A stretch of DNA of 64,000 nt, from NCBI GenBank assembly GCA_049999805.1, contig JBNGIO010006379.1:189614-253613 (forward strand). The letters are read 5' to 3'. Every line of letters begins with the position of its first letter. Position 1 is the first letter of the stretch. The notes under the pieces are model-generated. The model had not been told where the DNA came from, did no database searches, and saw nothing but the letters and a program-made list of their open reading frames with translations. The DNA is from Folioceros fuciformis. Lineage: Eukaryota. Below are positions 1-15,851 of this stretch, piece by piece. The position numbers and the translations under genes are program-made.

Positions 1-205
1 ATAAAGCACCCTACCCCTCTAGTTCCTCTTAAACCGATATGGATGTAAAGTATGGACAAATTATTTTTGATATGGATGTAACATATGAGCAAAAGGGCCT
101 ATTGATATGAATGTAACATATAGACAAATGACCTATTGACAGACACGCAAGACCTCTGGTTTGGTAGCGAACAAAACTCCAGCACATTGCAAATTGCTTT
201 GGTAT

Positions 206-285
206 TGCACAACTCCAATGGATTGCTTAGTCCTGCACAACTCCAATGGATTGCTTAGTCCTGCACAACTCTAGTAGATTGCTTA
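206..285. repeat. 28-bp tandem repeat, about 3 copies
   Basis: Unit tgcacaactccaatggattgcttagtcc starts at 206, 234 and 262 (third copy diverged). Confidence 0.85.
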
Positions 286-998
286 CCAGATTCTTAGCAA
301 CTCATCTCTAATACATTAGGACAACATATACTTCACTATTGCAAAACTAAGATGCACCTTACTATAGAACTAAAATGCATGCATAGTAAAAGCAAGAATT
401 CTAAGATAAGTACCCAACAATACTTCATTGTTCCATGCGGAACAATGTTGAGTGTTTAACATTTTGAGTCTAATAATTCAATTGATGTCCATGTTTAAGC
501 CACATGGACCAAGGACTTAAAACAGTATCTTGGCATGTGTATTGTAACATCTTTAATATATATTGTTCAAATTCTATCTTGTCCAGAAAATTCACTAAGT
601 TTATTTAAGCAAGTTGTGCATGCATAGATGTGGTCCTTTACCTATACTCTAGTTATCTTTTACCATTGGTAGCATCTCAATCATGCGAGAATAATATATA
701 ATAAAACTTTCAAAAGAGAAGACTATAATTTCATGGATGGATGGTTCAAGATGGCCATGCGTAGAGCTCCATGTTTCACACTTGCATGTGGTGCACACTT
801 TTACCTACCGCATAAGCTCAAACTTACTTGGATATTGATACCTCATGTATCACGTTCAAATTATGAGTTTAGACGTGTGTGCTCATCTATTCTTGTCACA
901 TGTACGAACCAGCACCAAGTCCTTTCAAAATCCTATATTTGATATTATCTAATTAATATACACATACAAACCAGAATCAAGTCCTTCCAACATCCTAC

Positions 999-1245
999 AT
1001 TTCACACTATCTCTCAGTTTCCCTTCGTGCTATTATCGTGGACATTTCACACTATCTCTCAGTCTCCCTTCGTGCTATTATCGTGGACATTTCACACTAT
1101 CTCTCAGTCTCCTTCGTGACTATCTCTCAGTCTCCTTCGTGACTATCTCTCAGTCTCCCTTCGTGCTATTATCGTGGACATTTCACACTATCTCTCAGTC
1201 TCCTTCGTGACTATCTCTCAGTCTCCCTTCGTGCTGTTATTGTGG
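999..1245. repeat. Minisatellite of 45-bp units mixed with shorter ~22-bp derivative units
   Basis: atttcacactatctctcagtctcccttcgtgctattatcgtggac at 999, 1044 and 1089, followed by truncated tatctctcagtctccttcgtgac units. Confidence 0.9.
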
Positions 1246-1576
1246 TGCTTCTTGTGATGTGCTGCTCGAGAACGAGTGTCCGAACATGGAAGACTTGGAG
1301 GGCAAACTCTCTCCCGCCCAATCGATTTGATAGGATTTTTCTATTCTTTTATAATTTTCTTTCCTCCTTGAAGAAGTTTTCAATATGCCTTCCAACACAG
1401 TCTCCGTCTCTCACCACTACAACAATTGAAATAAGACATGGACAAAACTGAACCACGGATTACGTACAGTGGACACAATACTACTGATTAGGCGCAGTGG
1501 AAACAGTACTACTGATCAGGTACACCGGAAACATCACTCCAGCGCACACGCATGCTGCAATCTGCAATGGCTCTAC

Positions 1577-2402
1577 TTAAAACTGTGTCATCCCGATACC
1601 GCCGCCTCTGAAGTCCTGTCCAGAATCCTTGGCTTTCGTGATGAGAATGTAGTACACCACGCTGGTAAACATTGTCAGGATTGAGAAAGCGGCTCCGCCA
1701 TTGAATATTCCGCTCCTCAACTGCTTACAGCTAATCTGATCGCTTCCATTTAGGAATCCCTTCTTAGTGCGAACAGAGTTCGAGGCTGAGGCGACAATTA
1801 ACAAAAGCTCGGCAAGAACAAAGCAAACCCTGCAAATAACAGAACCCCATGCGCCAGGAGAAGGGGACAAGGCAAGCTTCAGTGCGTGCTGATCTAAAAA
1901 CGAGAAACCCAAGTTTGCAGTCACAGAGATGGTCGTCGCCACATACCACACCACGACGAAGAAAATAACACCGAAAACTCGAGCTGAACCGGCTCGATAG
2001 GGACCCCCACAGCAAATGCATTTCGTCACACCCGTCACAACAACATGGCCTAAGAGAAGGAAAAGAATTGCTCCAGCCCCAAAGCCTGATGCCTTATCGC
2101 TGCTGTATTTGCAATATACGTAATCTCCTACCGTTATGAGGGAATCTTCCTGAGTATCGGCCTGAGTATGGAAACCACTTACACCGATCAGTCTCTCCTC
2201 AGGCCCTACGTAAACACATCTCGCATGAAACATCCCAGAGGACTGCACCCTAAGAAAGTGGCAACAACAAAATGAAGGACAGAAGTTGAGTTAAGCAAAC
2301 CTTGCTTCTATTCCTTTCACCACCAATAGCAAGTCCAAATGCGATCAAGTCCGCCACCACTACCACCAGGATGATTAGCCATGATACCCTCCCCCCTGCC
2401 AT
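1577..2402 (-). CDS. DUF1218 family (MWL/VCC-like) multi-pass membrane protein, copy 1, multi-exon
   Basis: Exon 1 reads MAGGRVSWLIILVVVVADLIAFGLAIGGERNRSK|GT. Later exons carry YVYCKYSSDKASGFGAGA, TKCICCG and SCKQLRSGIFNGGAAFSILT, all typical of DUF1218. Stop at 1577. Confidence 0.85.
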
Positions 2403-3565
2403 TGCTATCACAAGCACGTACCACAAACAGCGGAAACTTTAGCTTCAGGCACACTCGATATGACCATGAACCATGGACGGGTAATAACTCGGTAGCATAA
2501 AGATACGCATCAGCGATCCAGAGATCACGAGGTCAGACAAGATCCGGAACTATCTGAAGAAAAGCACGAAACCAACTTTCATCCCAAGTCTTCACGCTAC
2601 CAGGCTTCAACCGGGAGCCTCACAAACATTCTCAGCTGGACGCACAGTCGGCTGTCAGCTGATGGATGTGGAGTTCAGGCAGATGGAAGAAGCCGTGTAG
2701 ACAAGCAATGCACGGCCCCGTGCTTTCTCCCAACAAATCCGCATAAATATGAACACACCTTAAGAAGGCCTGTTCCCCAGCTGCAGGGGGAACTCCGCAG
2801 CTCCGAAACTCGGGTTCAAGTGCCGCGTCCAAATGAACAGGCTCAAATGCCAGCCGCAGCTTGCTTCTCACTGAACAAAATGCTACCGACTACAGTTCAA
2901 GCAAGACTGACGCGTCCCTAATGTGCTCTCAAGGTTCGATCTCTTCCAAACCAACTACACTACACACTGCACTCCACACTCAAAAACTCTCACAAACCCT
3001 GCCACAACCAAGAGAGCCAGCTGCAGCTCGCTGCTGTCAAGCAGTTGCCGCTGTGGGCAGGGCGAGGAACCCGATGCGAGACCGCAGATCTGATGGGCAA
3101 CTGTCTACACCGTTACCTGCGGACAGTCCAGACGCGTAAGAAGACGCGCGGATGATAGGCAGGTCAGACAACCCACGGGCTTCGGACCAGTTCCGAGGTC
3201 CCCGTCGAAACGTGCATTGCAAGTTGTCAACAGTTATCGGGTGACGTCCCACCTGGCATGGTGCACATGGGACACTTTTAACCCACTAAACAGTGAGATG
3301 ATATACATATACAGTACTTATCTTCAACACTACGGTTGCTTAAGGCCACAGAAAGCCCAACGTATCACGTGTCTTGGGCCAATCGACGGATATCGATAAA
3401 ATTGAACAAAATAATAAGAACTACTCGTCTTCTGTCGTAAGTTTTAGCGCGTGGCCATCGGATAGCTCTAAAGCTTAGAAAGGGGATCCATGTTTAATGA
3501 CACGCAAGCGAGCCGTGTGGGGCACGGACGTAAAACGGAATACTGTACTGTACTCTCGTTTACCC

Positions 3566-4386
3566 TCATGCCGCGTCGTATGGAGCACTCTGGGGATAGG
3601 CTGCCATGCTTACCTGCGACTGAAGTGTAGAGCGCAGATCCTCCAGCGTATTCACGTACAGCAGGTAGTACGAGAGCCCCAGGATGGCGCTGAAGAGAGT
3701 GAAAGCAGCCCCTGATGAGAATACTCCTCTTTGAATGTGTTCGCACTTCATAGGATTGTAAGGGTCTTTGGCCTTGGTATGCATGGCGTTCCTGCTGGCG
3801 CCAGCCAGTAGGCAAGCTTCAGCTATGATGCAGCAGATCCTAACCAAAAATCGACAGGACGAAAAGAGCACTTTTAGTCAAGCACGTTTACAAAGTTCAT
3901 GGCTTCGGAGTGTGGAAGAGATGGCAGGAGTTAGTGCTATTACCAGCAGAAGAAGAAGATTATGGCGACGAAAACTCGATTTTTGCCGGGCTTGAGCGAG
4001 CCTCCGCAGCAAAGGCAGCGGGTCAGGCCCATTATCACCAGATGTGCCATGCCCAGGAACACAAAGGCAAATCCGGCGAGGCCGGTGGAGATGTTTGGCT
4101 TGTATTGGCAGTAGTACATCATCCCATCGTACTGCAAGGTAGCCTGCAGCCAACAACCAGCAACGACCACACACCTGCCTTTTACCATCGGGTTACCTGG
4201 CCTAAACATACTGCGCAAACGAAAGAGGTGCAGGCAGAGCGACGCGGGCCCAAGGGATGGAGGCTCACTCACAGAACTGAGTTTCTTCTCAGCTACGATT
4301 GACAAGCCGAAGGCCATAACGTAGAAGGACAGTGCAAGAACAAATGCCGAGACCGAAATCTTGGACTTCCCGTCGCTGTACCCCAT
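3566..4386 (-). CDS. DUF1218 family membrane protein, copy 2, multi-exon
   Basis: MGYSDGK...MAFGLSIVAEKK, YYCQYKPNISTGLAGFAF, TRCLCCG, IIAEACLLAGASRNAMHTK and CEHIQRGVFSSGAAF. Same layout as copy 1. Confidence 0.85.
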
Positions 4387-5699
4387 GCTTCCAGGGGGTG
4401 ATCACGCAGCAGGATCTCTCTTGAGCGAGTTGAAGTGAGGTGCGATCTCTGGAGGCAGGAGTGGACAGGGCAGGACACGATGAGCGGTGCCAGCAATGCC
4501 TGAAAAATTAGCCAGCACGAGGAGTCTGAAAACACACATCGCGAGCCCACACAATCTGTTAACAGACGAGACACTGGAAGCCGAAACCAAGAGCCACGAA
4601 CGAAAAGTATCCGACGCCAACAACTCACGCAAGATCAAGCAGACCGTGAGGCAGCAGACTCAGGCAAGAAGTTCGCATTCACGCACACACCCTCCAGCAG
4701 CAAGACGAAGTCCAAGTTGAGAGAATCAGCACAGCAGACACACATCACACAACCAGTTGAACCAGGGCAACGGCACTCGCATAGAGCATGGAGGTTTCCA
4801 CAGAGGCTACACGGCGATCAATCCGGTCCTTCAAAACTCCAACGCACTCAGACCGATCGTGTCACCAGACCAGATTGCGCAATGCCGATAGGGGGCATGT
4901 CGTGCCGGAATCCAGAAAACGGCGGCGGCCGTGAAGGATTGATTGCGCGAAAGGCGGGGCGGGAGGCAAAGATGAGGAGGCCAAGAATGTCGGCCGTACA
5001 GGATGCTGAATCGTATCATGTACATATGTATGCAATTTAAAGATCTGAGGGCAGGCAGTGAAGCGAAGGCCAGCACATGTACTTTCGGCGGCACAAATCA
5101 AATTTGACGGCAGCGGGGCTGGACAGCGCATTGATTGTAATTCCCGCTTAAACCTAGAAACCGACGGCCATTGCTGAGCAGCCACCCCGGGAAGGTTTGG
5201 CAGCGGACGAAGGTCCAAACCAATCGCAGACCTCCGCACGGAACACCAAGATGTATGTATCTTTGTCACGGTGCGTTACACGGTTGCAAATGGATACCCG
5301 ATGGGCATTGAGTCTGGCACGTGTGTTTGGGTCGGCCCCCCACGCCCGCTACATGTACCTTTTATGTTCTTGCCCATGGCCATAGCATGGTAAGTCATGC
5401 AGCATCGAACGGGTGGCCACAACCGTTTTGTTTTACACGGTACTTGTTTAAGGTTACAAGCGCATATGGCATGCCAAAGGGACACGCTCCCTCTCTCTCT
5501 AGGTTGTTTTACAAACACACAGGTTATGCATCCGCTTTGGTGCGTACGCGAGTTTGAGGGCCAAAACCAAACCGGACATGCTTGTCCAAGCACGGGCGCG
5601 CCCCAAGCATAACATACTTTATATGGGAATATACACAAGAATCTACCACATACTCTTGTACTCAACATAGTCACGTCACAAGGCCCATCTTTGCACCGT

Positions 5700-8600
5700 A
5701 GACAAACTTTTCTCTTATCACTATGTTGGTCATATGGGCCGATATCAATAGATCCTTTTGTTTTTTTAGGGTTTCTGCACCCTGATCATTAAAGATTAGG
5801 CTTATACACCATCTTAAAATTACACTACACACAGAGGAAAACATCGTAGGGTTTACTGTTCAATAGGTGGTCACGGATCAACCGTTCCACATCGGAAGGG
5901 GTATCAAGCATTTAGAGTTGCTAGCCTCTTAGGCCTTTCCTCTAGTCCACAGTATTCATGGCCATATGCTTAGAACATGAATTGCCAACGTTTTTGCATG
6001 CTAGATTGCACCCCCTTTCCTCCAATCCACGGTGATCCCAAAATGTGGTTGTCGCGTTTCTAAGGAACCTAGAATATCCAGTAGTTTTTGCCAAGTTCGC
6101 AACATAAGCTAGATGCTCCAGGTTCCTCACAAAGGCCGTCAAATGCTTGTAAGAAGCCTGCAGGGATTTCAAGATGTGCAAGAGATTGAGGCCTCTACTA
6201 TCCCCACTTACAGCTCATGTTCACAAGGGTCATTCCCATCCTATCGCACTCTTAGCCGCATTGCCCACCTTCTCTAAGTGTACTATGCAAATGAGAGATT
6301 TAGAATTGAACATGCAACAAGCCACAGTAGCACCTACAACTACATTTACAGGTTCACAACAAAATCTAACTTCATTAAGCTGCAACGATGAGGCAAGAAC
6401 GCAACGTACACTACCATCATAGATTAACAACTCTGGTGCTACAAGGGCAATCTACTAACACAAGCTTCAAAAAAAACACCAAAGGTTGAACATCTTTGGA
6501 GGAGCAAGGGCAATGCCTCTTACTTGCCTAAACCTCCACATCCTGCATGCAACATGCATCCCTACACTAAGCGATCCCTAACACGACAGGCAACATCAAC
6601 TTCCACTGCACACTAATGTAAGTTTGCACTTAGCTTGCGAAGACTACCTTCCAGCGAATCCACCAAGCCTAGGTTGTTGTGTAGAGCATGCACCGCATCT
6701 ACTAGCTTATCCGCAACGTTGCGTTTAATCATGTCTCCTTCCACTGCGCGTCGGCCTTGTGTGCCACGGGAGGCACCTTGCCGTACTGCTAGAGGCGTGT
6801 CATCCTCATCCTCTCTAGAAGAGCAAATCTCAAAGTACGACAGCTCTCGCCGCCGCTTCCGCACCCTCCTCACTGGCGCCATGCTGGACCCTAAACTACG
6901 ATTTGCATCACTACCTCAACGTGCCTCTTGCCCTGTACCATTTGTTAGAGTGCCTTGGGGACCTCCTCCACCACCTCCTGTGTGTCTGGCAATACTTGCC
7001 TCCACTGCATCGAGCCCCATTTGTAGAACATGACTTCTCATTTCCATGTGTTAGTGGTTGCTTCCACAAACAATTGGCCTTGTTCGAGCCGTAGTATATG
7101 GGCGCTTGCAATTCGCTATCAGGAGCTTGGTCTGCAGCCTCTTGTCTACAACGGACAATCCTGAACTAGGTAGTGCCTACAGCAAATCAAGCACTTCAGG
7201 CGAGCATTGGGGGAGAAGTGGGCATTCCTCTACAAAGGATACATGGTGGACTTGGTTAGAAGCGACGAGTTGGATATAACCAACTCGTGGCACATCCATT
7301 TTCTTCATGCGACGTTCATGCCCACCATGGCAGCCAAGTTGGAACATTGGATATAGGTGTGGAATATGCATCGAGTGCGGCGAATGAGGGGGCCGAACAG
7401 GGACATACCATGGCATATACCGGCTATCACTTTCCAAGAGGAAGAGAGGCTATAGGGGTTGGTGCAGCTACCCCTGTATGCTGCAATGGAGAGGAGTACG
7501 ATGTGCGTGGCCCACAATATGCTCAGAACTTGGCTCCAAAGATGCCCCCACTAAGGAGGATCAACCTACTAGATGGGGTGAGCAACTTCAATGGTGATTA
7601 CATGGCTGGAATGTGGTGTTGGGTTTTTTTTGTTGCCTTCCACATTGTAGAGGTGGGCTCTGACTTGGACCCTAATCGAGGTCAAGGTGGAAGGCTGTAG
7701 GCTTCCACCTAGGGGCTGAAATCAGTGCTACATGGTGAGTGGTGCATGAAGTGTAATGATGTTGTTGCGGATAGTGCTTGAGAATTAGCAGTGTAGCCTG
7801 AGGGTGCATCTTAAGGATGTGCTCTATGGGTTTGAGGGTGTTCTTGATGTCATTGCAGGTGCACGCATTCATGACCCACCCTACTTGTGTAGTGTGAATA
7901 GACATTGCAGGTTGGTATATTGAACTTGCTCATGTGTAGTTGTAAACCGCAAACCCCAATTGTAGTTGCAGAGTGCCATTCCATGGACACAGAGGGGCAT
8001 TTGCCTCCTTCACTCTCTATAGTAGTAAGGTGTCTACCTAGCGGGTAAGGGGCATGCACAGTTTTGGTTGAAATGCTTTGTACATTTGTCTTGCCATTAT
8101 GGGCTCCAAAATAAAAAGGGGGTTTCATTCCCCGGTACACTATGACCTTTTAGGTGTGAATGCTAGTGGAACGTGCACAAGGTGTGGACATGGGAGGAGA
8201 ATGTGCGGTAGAAGAGATCCGCTTGTAATCAATTGTGTGGCAATACATGGGAATGCATGGAGGGGCATCCCCTTGAGCTCCAACCTTGAAACCCTCAGCA
8301 TAGTGTGCTATGGAGATGGACAAAATAGCTGCAAGGGACATCCCCTTCAGTTGTGCACATAACACCCTAAACGGCCGGAGGTGTGGAGATACACGAAAGT
8401 GAGCAGTGAGGGACATCCATTCGCGCTCTTCCTCAACACTAATTGCAGCCAAGTTTGCTGGGAACAATAAACCCTAAAAAAGCATTATATGTAAGAGAGG
8501 GATAGGGACGTGCTAGAAACAAAAACATGTGACAACCACTCAAAACTTATGAAAACCCTAAGTACATGTTGGGTTGTCTCTATAGGGACATCCAAATGGT

Positions 8601-8900
8601 TGCCAACTAGTGATGTGGGCAGGTTTGTGACATTAGAACTTTGGACTAGAGGGGCAAAACATTTTATGAAAGACCACTTGACCATATAGGTATTACATAT
8701 AGCTAGGTGGAGAGTTAGAAGATTCATGAAACTCATATTGGGTTGGACCAATACCGAAGTTGTTATTGTTCATAAATGGTTCCATAATGGAGCAGCAAGA
8801 GTAGTAACTTCCATAGTTGACGACCTTGCTATAAATATTGTTTTGTTGTAAATATTTTTAATTCATTTTTTGTCTTAATAAAGAGTAGTGGGAAAGCCAC
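5700..8900 (-). mobile_element. Degenerate TE-like / decayed coding tract with a SWIM-zinc-finger-like remnant
   Basis: Many short broken ORFs and no recognisable intact gene. CTCNDIKNTLKPIEHIL (7813-7863) resembles SWIM CxC-x(n)-CxH with one Cys lost. Boundaries are approximate. Confidence 0.3.
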
Positions 8901-9542
8901 CATGTGACGGACGAGATCCAAGGCCCTGCTTCTTAAGAATGATCGTTGCTCTTAAATATTATTTATGATGTACTTGACCTAGAATAGAAAAATATTAGAA
9001 TATCCTTATTAATCAAATCGGAAAATTTAAAGAAAGGGAGTTCGATAAAAAAATGCCTAACCGTGGTTTGCTCTGCTATATTTCTATCCAAGAAATATGA
9101 CTCGCTTTAGTCCCATTTCGCCTCTGATGAGAGGGTCACCAACAGGATGAGGTCATGTTCAGGAGTTTTACCTCCGTTCTAGGGTGCTGTTGCAGACTAA
9201 ATTCGCTAAGATTCAAGCCGACTAATAACCACCTAATTCATACCTGCCACCTGATCACTATCTAATTCGCGCTGACGGCTCACCAACCACCTAATTCATA
9301 CCAACTCATTACTCCCTAACACCGCAGAATCCGACAACATTGGATAGCTGATCTTGCTCCCGAGGTGCCCCAAACCAAAATTCTCTTCACTACCTGAATT
9401 TCTCAGACTTGACCCAGATGCTCAGATTCTCAGCACTCGTGTTCCAGGCCCTGCGCAGGTTCTCCTGCTCTCCCGATTCTCGCGGAATTTCTGGATACGC
9501 GTTGGCACGGCACGCTTCACCCATGGCACTGCCAAGCGGTTG

Positions 9543-11453
<1,911 letters not shown>

Positions 11454-12595
11454 TCAACTCTACTTCCCCTGCTCCGCACCTCGTAATCCCAAATACGCAC
11501 CTCTAATACGCTCCTTTGAAATGTTGTGGGCGTAGGATTCCAGTCGTCCCCCGCCAAAATCAAGCTCGACTTGCTCACTCACACGTACCGTCTTACGTAT
11601 GTAACTAGGGTTTTATCCGTCACCCAGGTTTACTATGCCCTCCTTCAGGTCTTGTCCTTGCCAGTCTTTGGGGGAGGGGAAAGCATGCTACCATTGCCAA
11701 ACAGTCCAGGTTGCATGACAGGCATGCAGCGCATGGACACTCGTTCGCTTAGAGCTTCCGTGCGACTCGTACCTCACACTTAATTTAGAATCTATTGAAA
11801 ATACAATATGTGAGGGAAAGGAATCCTTGGTATACCAAGCTACTTGATGGAAAAGACGCTTCCTTATGGACACCCATTTTTAAGCGCTTAATCCTTAGTG
11901 CGTGATGTCGTCCCGTTGCCGGGACGGGACGCCTGAAGCTCATTTTTGAACGCCATTCAGACGGTTGGGTCAGGTAGCGTCCATAATACACGCTAGTTAA
12001 AGTATCTATGTAGTTAGCGTGGCCACCTGGCGGTGGCCACCGCTGGCGCCACCGGGAAGTACCAAAGCTGCCTCCTTCAAAGCACGCGTGGCTTGCAGCG
12101 GTCCCTAGCCTTCGGTTGTTTCCACGGGCTTGCCGTCCGCCAGATCTGGGGCTGGGTGTCTCTTGTCTGTTTTTGCGCAGGCGCACGCTTCCGTGGGTGT
12201 GATGCAGCATTGCGTAGACCGATCTCCTTGAGCAATTTTCTTAGGGTTCTGGCGTTCCCGCTGCTGCCGTCGATCAGATCGTTGCTCGCCATTGCTGGAG
12301 ATCTGGGTGTGATCGGGGTTTTGATTCGGGGCTGGTTGATGCGAGCTCCGCGTACCGCAGTGAGGGAGGAGCTGGAACTCCGGTTTGTGAGGTGCGTGTG
12401 GAATCCCTGTGTTGTTGTGGAATAGCTCATCGCTCTTGGTTGGAAGTTGCACGTGGAGTACGTGTGTTTTGGTTTCTTGGCGTGGTCGGATGGGGCGGGG
12501 TTGAGGTTTGTTGCTTCGGTTGCTGATGGAGTGGTGTTGTTTGCGATCGCAGTGGGCTTGAGTAAGGTGCAGTGGGCCGCCGAGGTCTTGGCGTA

Positions 12596-13198
12596 ATGGC
12601 TCTCTCTCAATCGGGGAACTTGCAATCAGGAGGAGGCTTGCAAGCCTCGCCCGCTGCCCGGCTATTCATGGCCAGGTTCTTCGAGGCCGCCAAGTTTGCG
12701 CTCTCGCAACGGCGGCCATGGGCGGAAATGGTGGATCGGAACGCCTTTGCCAAGCCAGAGTCCTTGGCTGAGGCCAGTAGCAGGCTGAAGAAGAACTTGA
12801 CCTATTTCAGGATCAACTACATCATCGTTCTCCTGGGAGTGGTGGCACTAAGCCTGTTGTGGAATCTGGGATCCTTCATCGTTTTGGCTCTGCTTGTGGC
12901 AGCCTGGGTCCTGCTTTACTTCTTCCGGACTGAGCCCTTGGTTTTGTTCAACAGAACGTTCAGTGAAAGGGAGGTCCTGATTCTCTTGTCGGCCTTCTCC
13001 GTTCTCGTGATATTCATCACCAACATTGGATCTCTTCTCATATGGGCAGGACTTTTTGGCTCCCTTCTCATCGCTGTACATGGTGCCCTTCGAGTGCCGG
13101 ATGACCTCTTCCTGGACGACCAGGAAGCTCCGGGGGGCTTCTTGTCATTCCTTGGAACAGGGGCCCCACCGGCACCCGTCGTAGTCTCACATGTATGA
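12596..13198 (+). CDS. PRA1: PRA1 (prenylated Rab acceptor) family protein, PRA1.B-like, single coding exon
   Basis: RRPWAEMVDRNAFAKPESLAEASSRLKKNLTYFRINY, two long hydrophobic stretches and HGALRVPDDLFLDD. First ATG at 12596. Confidence 0.93.
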   Translation: MALSQSGNLQSGGGLQASPAARLFMARFFEAAKFALSQRRPWAEMVDRNAFAKPESLAEASSRLKKNLTYFRINYIIVLLGVVALSLLWNLGSFIVLALLVAAWVLLYFFRTEPLVLFNRTFSEREVLILLSAFSVLVIFITNIGSLLIWAGLFGSLLIAVHGALRVPDDLFLDDQEAPGGFLSFLGTGAPPAPVVVSHV

Positions 13199-13946
13199 GG
13201 CCAGCGGCACAGGGTTAGAGTTATTGTAGTGTAGATCGGTGTAGGCGCATTCTGCCTCTTCAATATATCTGCAGTTGAGCTATGTACGTTCAGTTTTTGC
13301 TTGAGACTACGAGCGGAGGCTCTCAGTGCACGTGATCCGTTTCACTTCTGTGAACAGCACGAGCAAGTAGCTCTTGGGAAACAAGGTGTTCTCCGAACTA
13401 TCAGGGTGGAGTGAAGTTCCGCTTAGCGGAAGCTTCACCTCGAGGAAGAAGAATCAACCATTCTGAATCTCATCAGACCCACAAGAAGACGACTATGGCG
13501 TATTTCATGAAGAGGGTCTTCTCCGAAGGAGGAACTTTTTCAAGCAACATCCACTTTCGCAGGTAGTAGGTTACCACTGCGCTCGCTAACGCAAAGGCGA
13601 TTTTTTAAAACTATCCCAAGACAAATATATTTATACTTAAATCAATATATTTTGAAATAATCCATTTGTAAGTATCGATCTGAGATCGTAGATCGGAGTG
13701 GAAGATGCCTTCAGGAGCCACGTTCTCTAGGAGAGTGTCTCCATTTGGACGACAGACATCGGAACGTCCAATCGGACAATCAAATCTTACTCACTATACG
13801 TCGGGCAGATGGGATTTCCTCAATCTTGCTTCGTACAATGAAAAGGGTCATCTTTCTTTGGGGTTCAACATCTGAGTCGCGGAGCCAGCAACCCTGGCAA
13901 GCTATGTATATGTGTGAACCACCTTTACAAACACACAATGTCGTAC

Positions 13947-15400
13947 TCAAAGCGAAACGTGTTGTCTCTTGGACTCATACGCCCTAATCCGTCTCTCTAA
14001 GCTTCCGTTCAATCGATACCTGGTTAGCAAGCTGGGAAGGTAGGATACTACGTCCCACAGGCTCTCTCTGAGAGTCGGCGGAGGAGTCCGGCCTCTGGCA
14101 AATGCCAAGACGTATTTAGCACCAGGCCTCGTTAACACATGGAATTGTCCCTGCTTGACTCCCTCCAAAGTACAGTTCGCAACGTGTTCAGCTGACTCCG
14201 CATGACTTTCTCCTTTGTAGGCAGTGATATCCTTAACTCCTTCGTCTTCCCCTTCAGCTGCAGTATGGTGGAAGGGCCTCACAAATCAGGAAAGAACATC
14301 TGAGTCGGTGCATGAAGTTTCGTCAGTCGGCGAATACAATCGGAAACTTACCAACATCAAGCATTGGCGTGGTAGTGTACCCCGGATACACCACGCTCAA
14401 TCGAATGTTGTGCGGAAGAAGCTCAAGCCTAAGCACTTCCGCCATTCCCCTTTGGCCCCACTTGCTCGCACAGTAGGGGACAGCCTTGTATAGCGGAATC
14501 TGAAAAGGTGGAGGACTGAAATTGACACAACAGAACCGCACCTTGCCTTGCCTTGCCCTGCTAAGTCTAGCAATGATGGCTGCATCCGAGGTCATTCAAA
14601 GTCAAGATCTGAGTGCCTTACCAATCCCGACATCGAGTTCATGAGAACAACTGACGACGGATTGGATTCGCTGCGCTGCTTCATGAGGGGAAGAGCTGCG
14701 TGCGCTGTGTATAGGGACCCGAGCAAATTGATCTGGATAACACTCTCAATCTCCTCGAGGGTGCAGTCAGTAAAATACTTCAACTGGGCTATCCCGGCAT
14801 TGCAAACCAGAACATCGATTGGCTTCCACGCAAACGCCTCTTGGACTGCTGCCGTGATGGCTGGCCCGTCACTTACGTCCACAGCCTGCCAGGAAGTAAC
14901 ATCTAATTAATAGGAATCCACGCAATTCAGATGAATCTAAGAAAGATTTCTGTACTCAGCAGGTTAGCCTGTTGAGGCCACCAACAACCAGCTGCTGCGA
15001 GACGGCATCAGGAATCGAGGAGAATGTAATGCATCTCTTACAGGTCCGTCATGCATTTACAGGTCCAGCTCACCATGCCGTACCCGGAAAGGGGATCGGC
15101 TTATCAAACCTTGAGAAAAACGCTGTCAGCGCTCCGCTGTGTGGTCTCCAACAAGGTAGAGCAGGCCTTGGTGAGATTTGCCTCACTCCGGCCCATAATG
15201 CTGACGAAGGCCCCTTCTTCCAGCGCCTGCTTTGCAATGGCCAGCCCGATACCGCTGGAGCCTCCCGTTATCAACACATGCTTCCCTTGCAGCGACTGGA
15301 TGAACGCGGGTTTCCGATTCACAGCGAGATGCTTCACCGCCAGTGCTGCGAGCAGCGCCGCGGCAGTGGCGCCGAGAGGCAACACCAAACCCCTCGGCAT
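13947..15400 (-). CDS. TSC10: 3-ketodihydrosphingosine reductase-like SDR (TSC10/KDSR family), copy 1, multi-exon
   Basis: N-terminal hydrophobic anchor, GKHVLITGGSSGIGLAIA, IDVLVCNAG, catalytic YCASK, and LRLEL...SVVYPG..TPML. Confidence 0.8.
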
Positions 15401-15698
15401 CGCACTGCGTCCGCGCCTGCGTCTGCCCGAATCTGTTGACCGCGATGCTGATAGAAGACATTAGGCCTGCACGCCACTGATGAACCCGCACGCCACTGAT
15501 AGACCCGCACGCCCCCAGTTCCGCACTGCATTGTTGAAGCTAGGTAGACTACACAAAACTGGCGACTGTCGGTCATCATCGCTAAACTCGTCTTGGCGAT
15601 TCGGGGAGTTTGTTTTGATCCGAGAGCTCACCGCTCTACAACAGGTTCTGGGCAGGGCTTAGGGTTTTAGCATGGCGTCTCTGATAATTCTATGGTTT

Positions 15699-15851
15699 GC
15701 AAAGTCGAGTCCCAAGGAACTCAAACGGATTTGATGCCCAGCAAAGTCGCGTCAACGGGACTCAAACTGACTTGATGGGTGGCAAAGCCGAGCTCAAGGG
15801 ACTCAAACTGCATTGATGAGCGGCAAAGTCGATCCTAAGGAACTGAAACTG
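15699..15851. repeat. ~41-bp degenerate tandem repeat (4 copies) in a divergent intergenic region
   Basis: Units begin gcaaagtcga/gcaaagtcgc/gcaaagccga/gcaaagtcga and share g(g/a)actcaaac...ttgatg. Confidence 0.75.

Noticed and set aside
5719-8890. CACTA...TAGTG ends suggesting a CACTA transposon
   Set aside because: The match does not extend beyond 5 bp, and the flanking trinucleotides (tat versus gga) do not form a target-site duplication.
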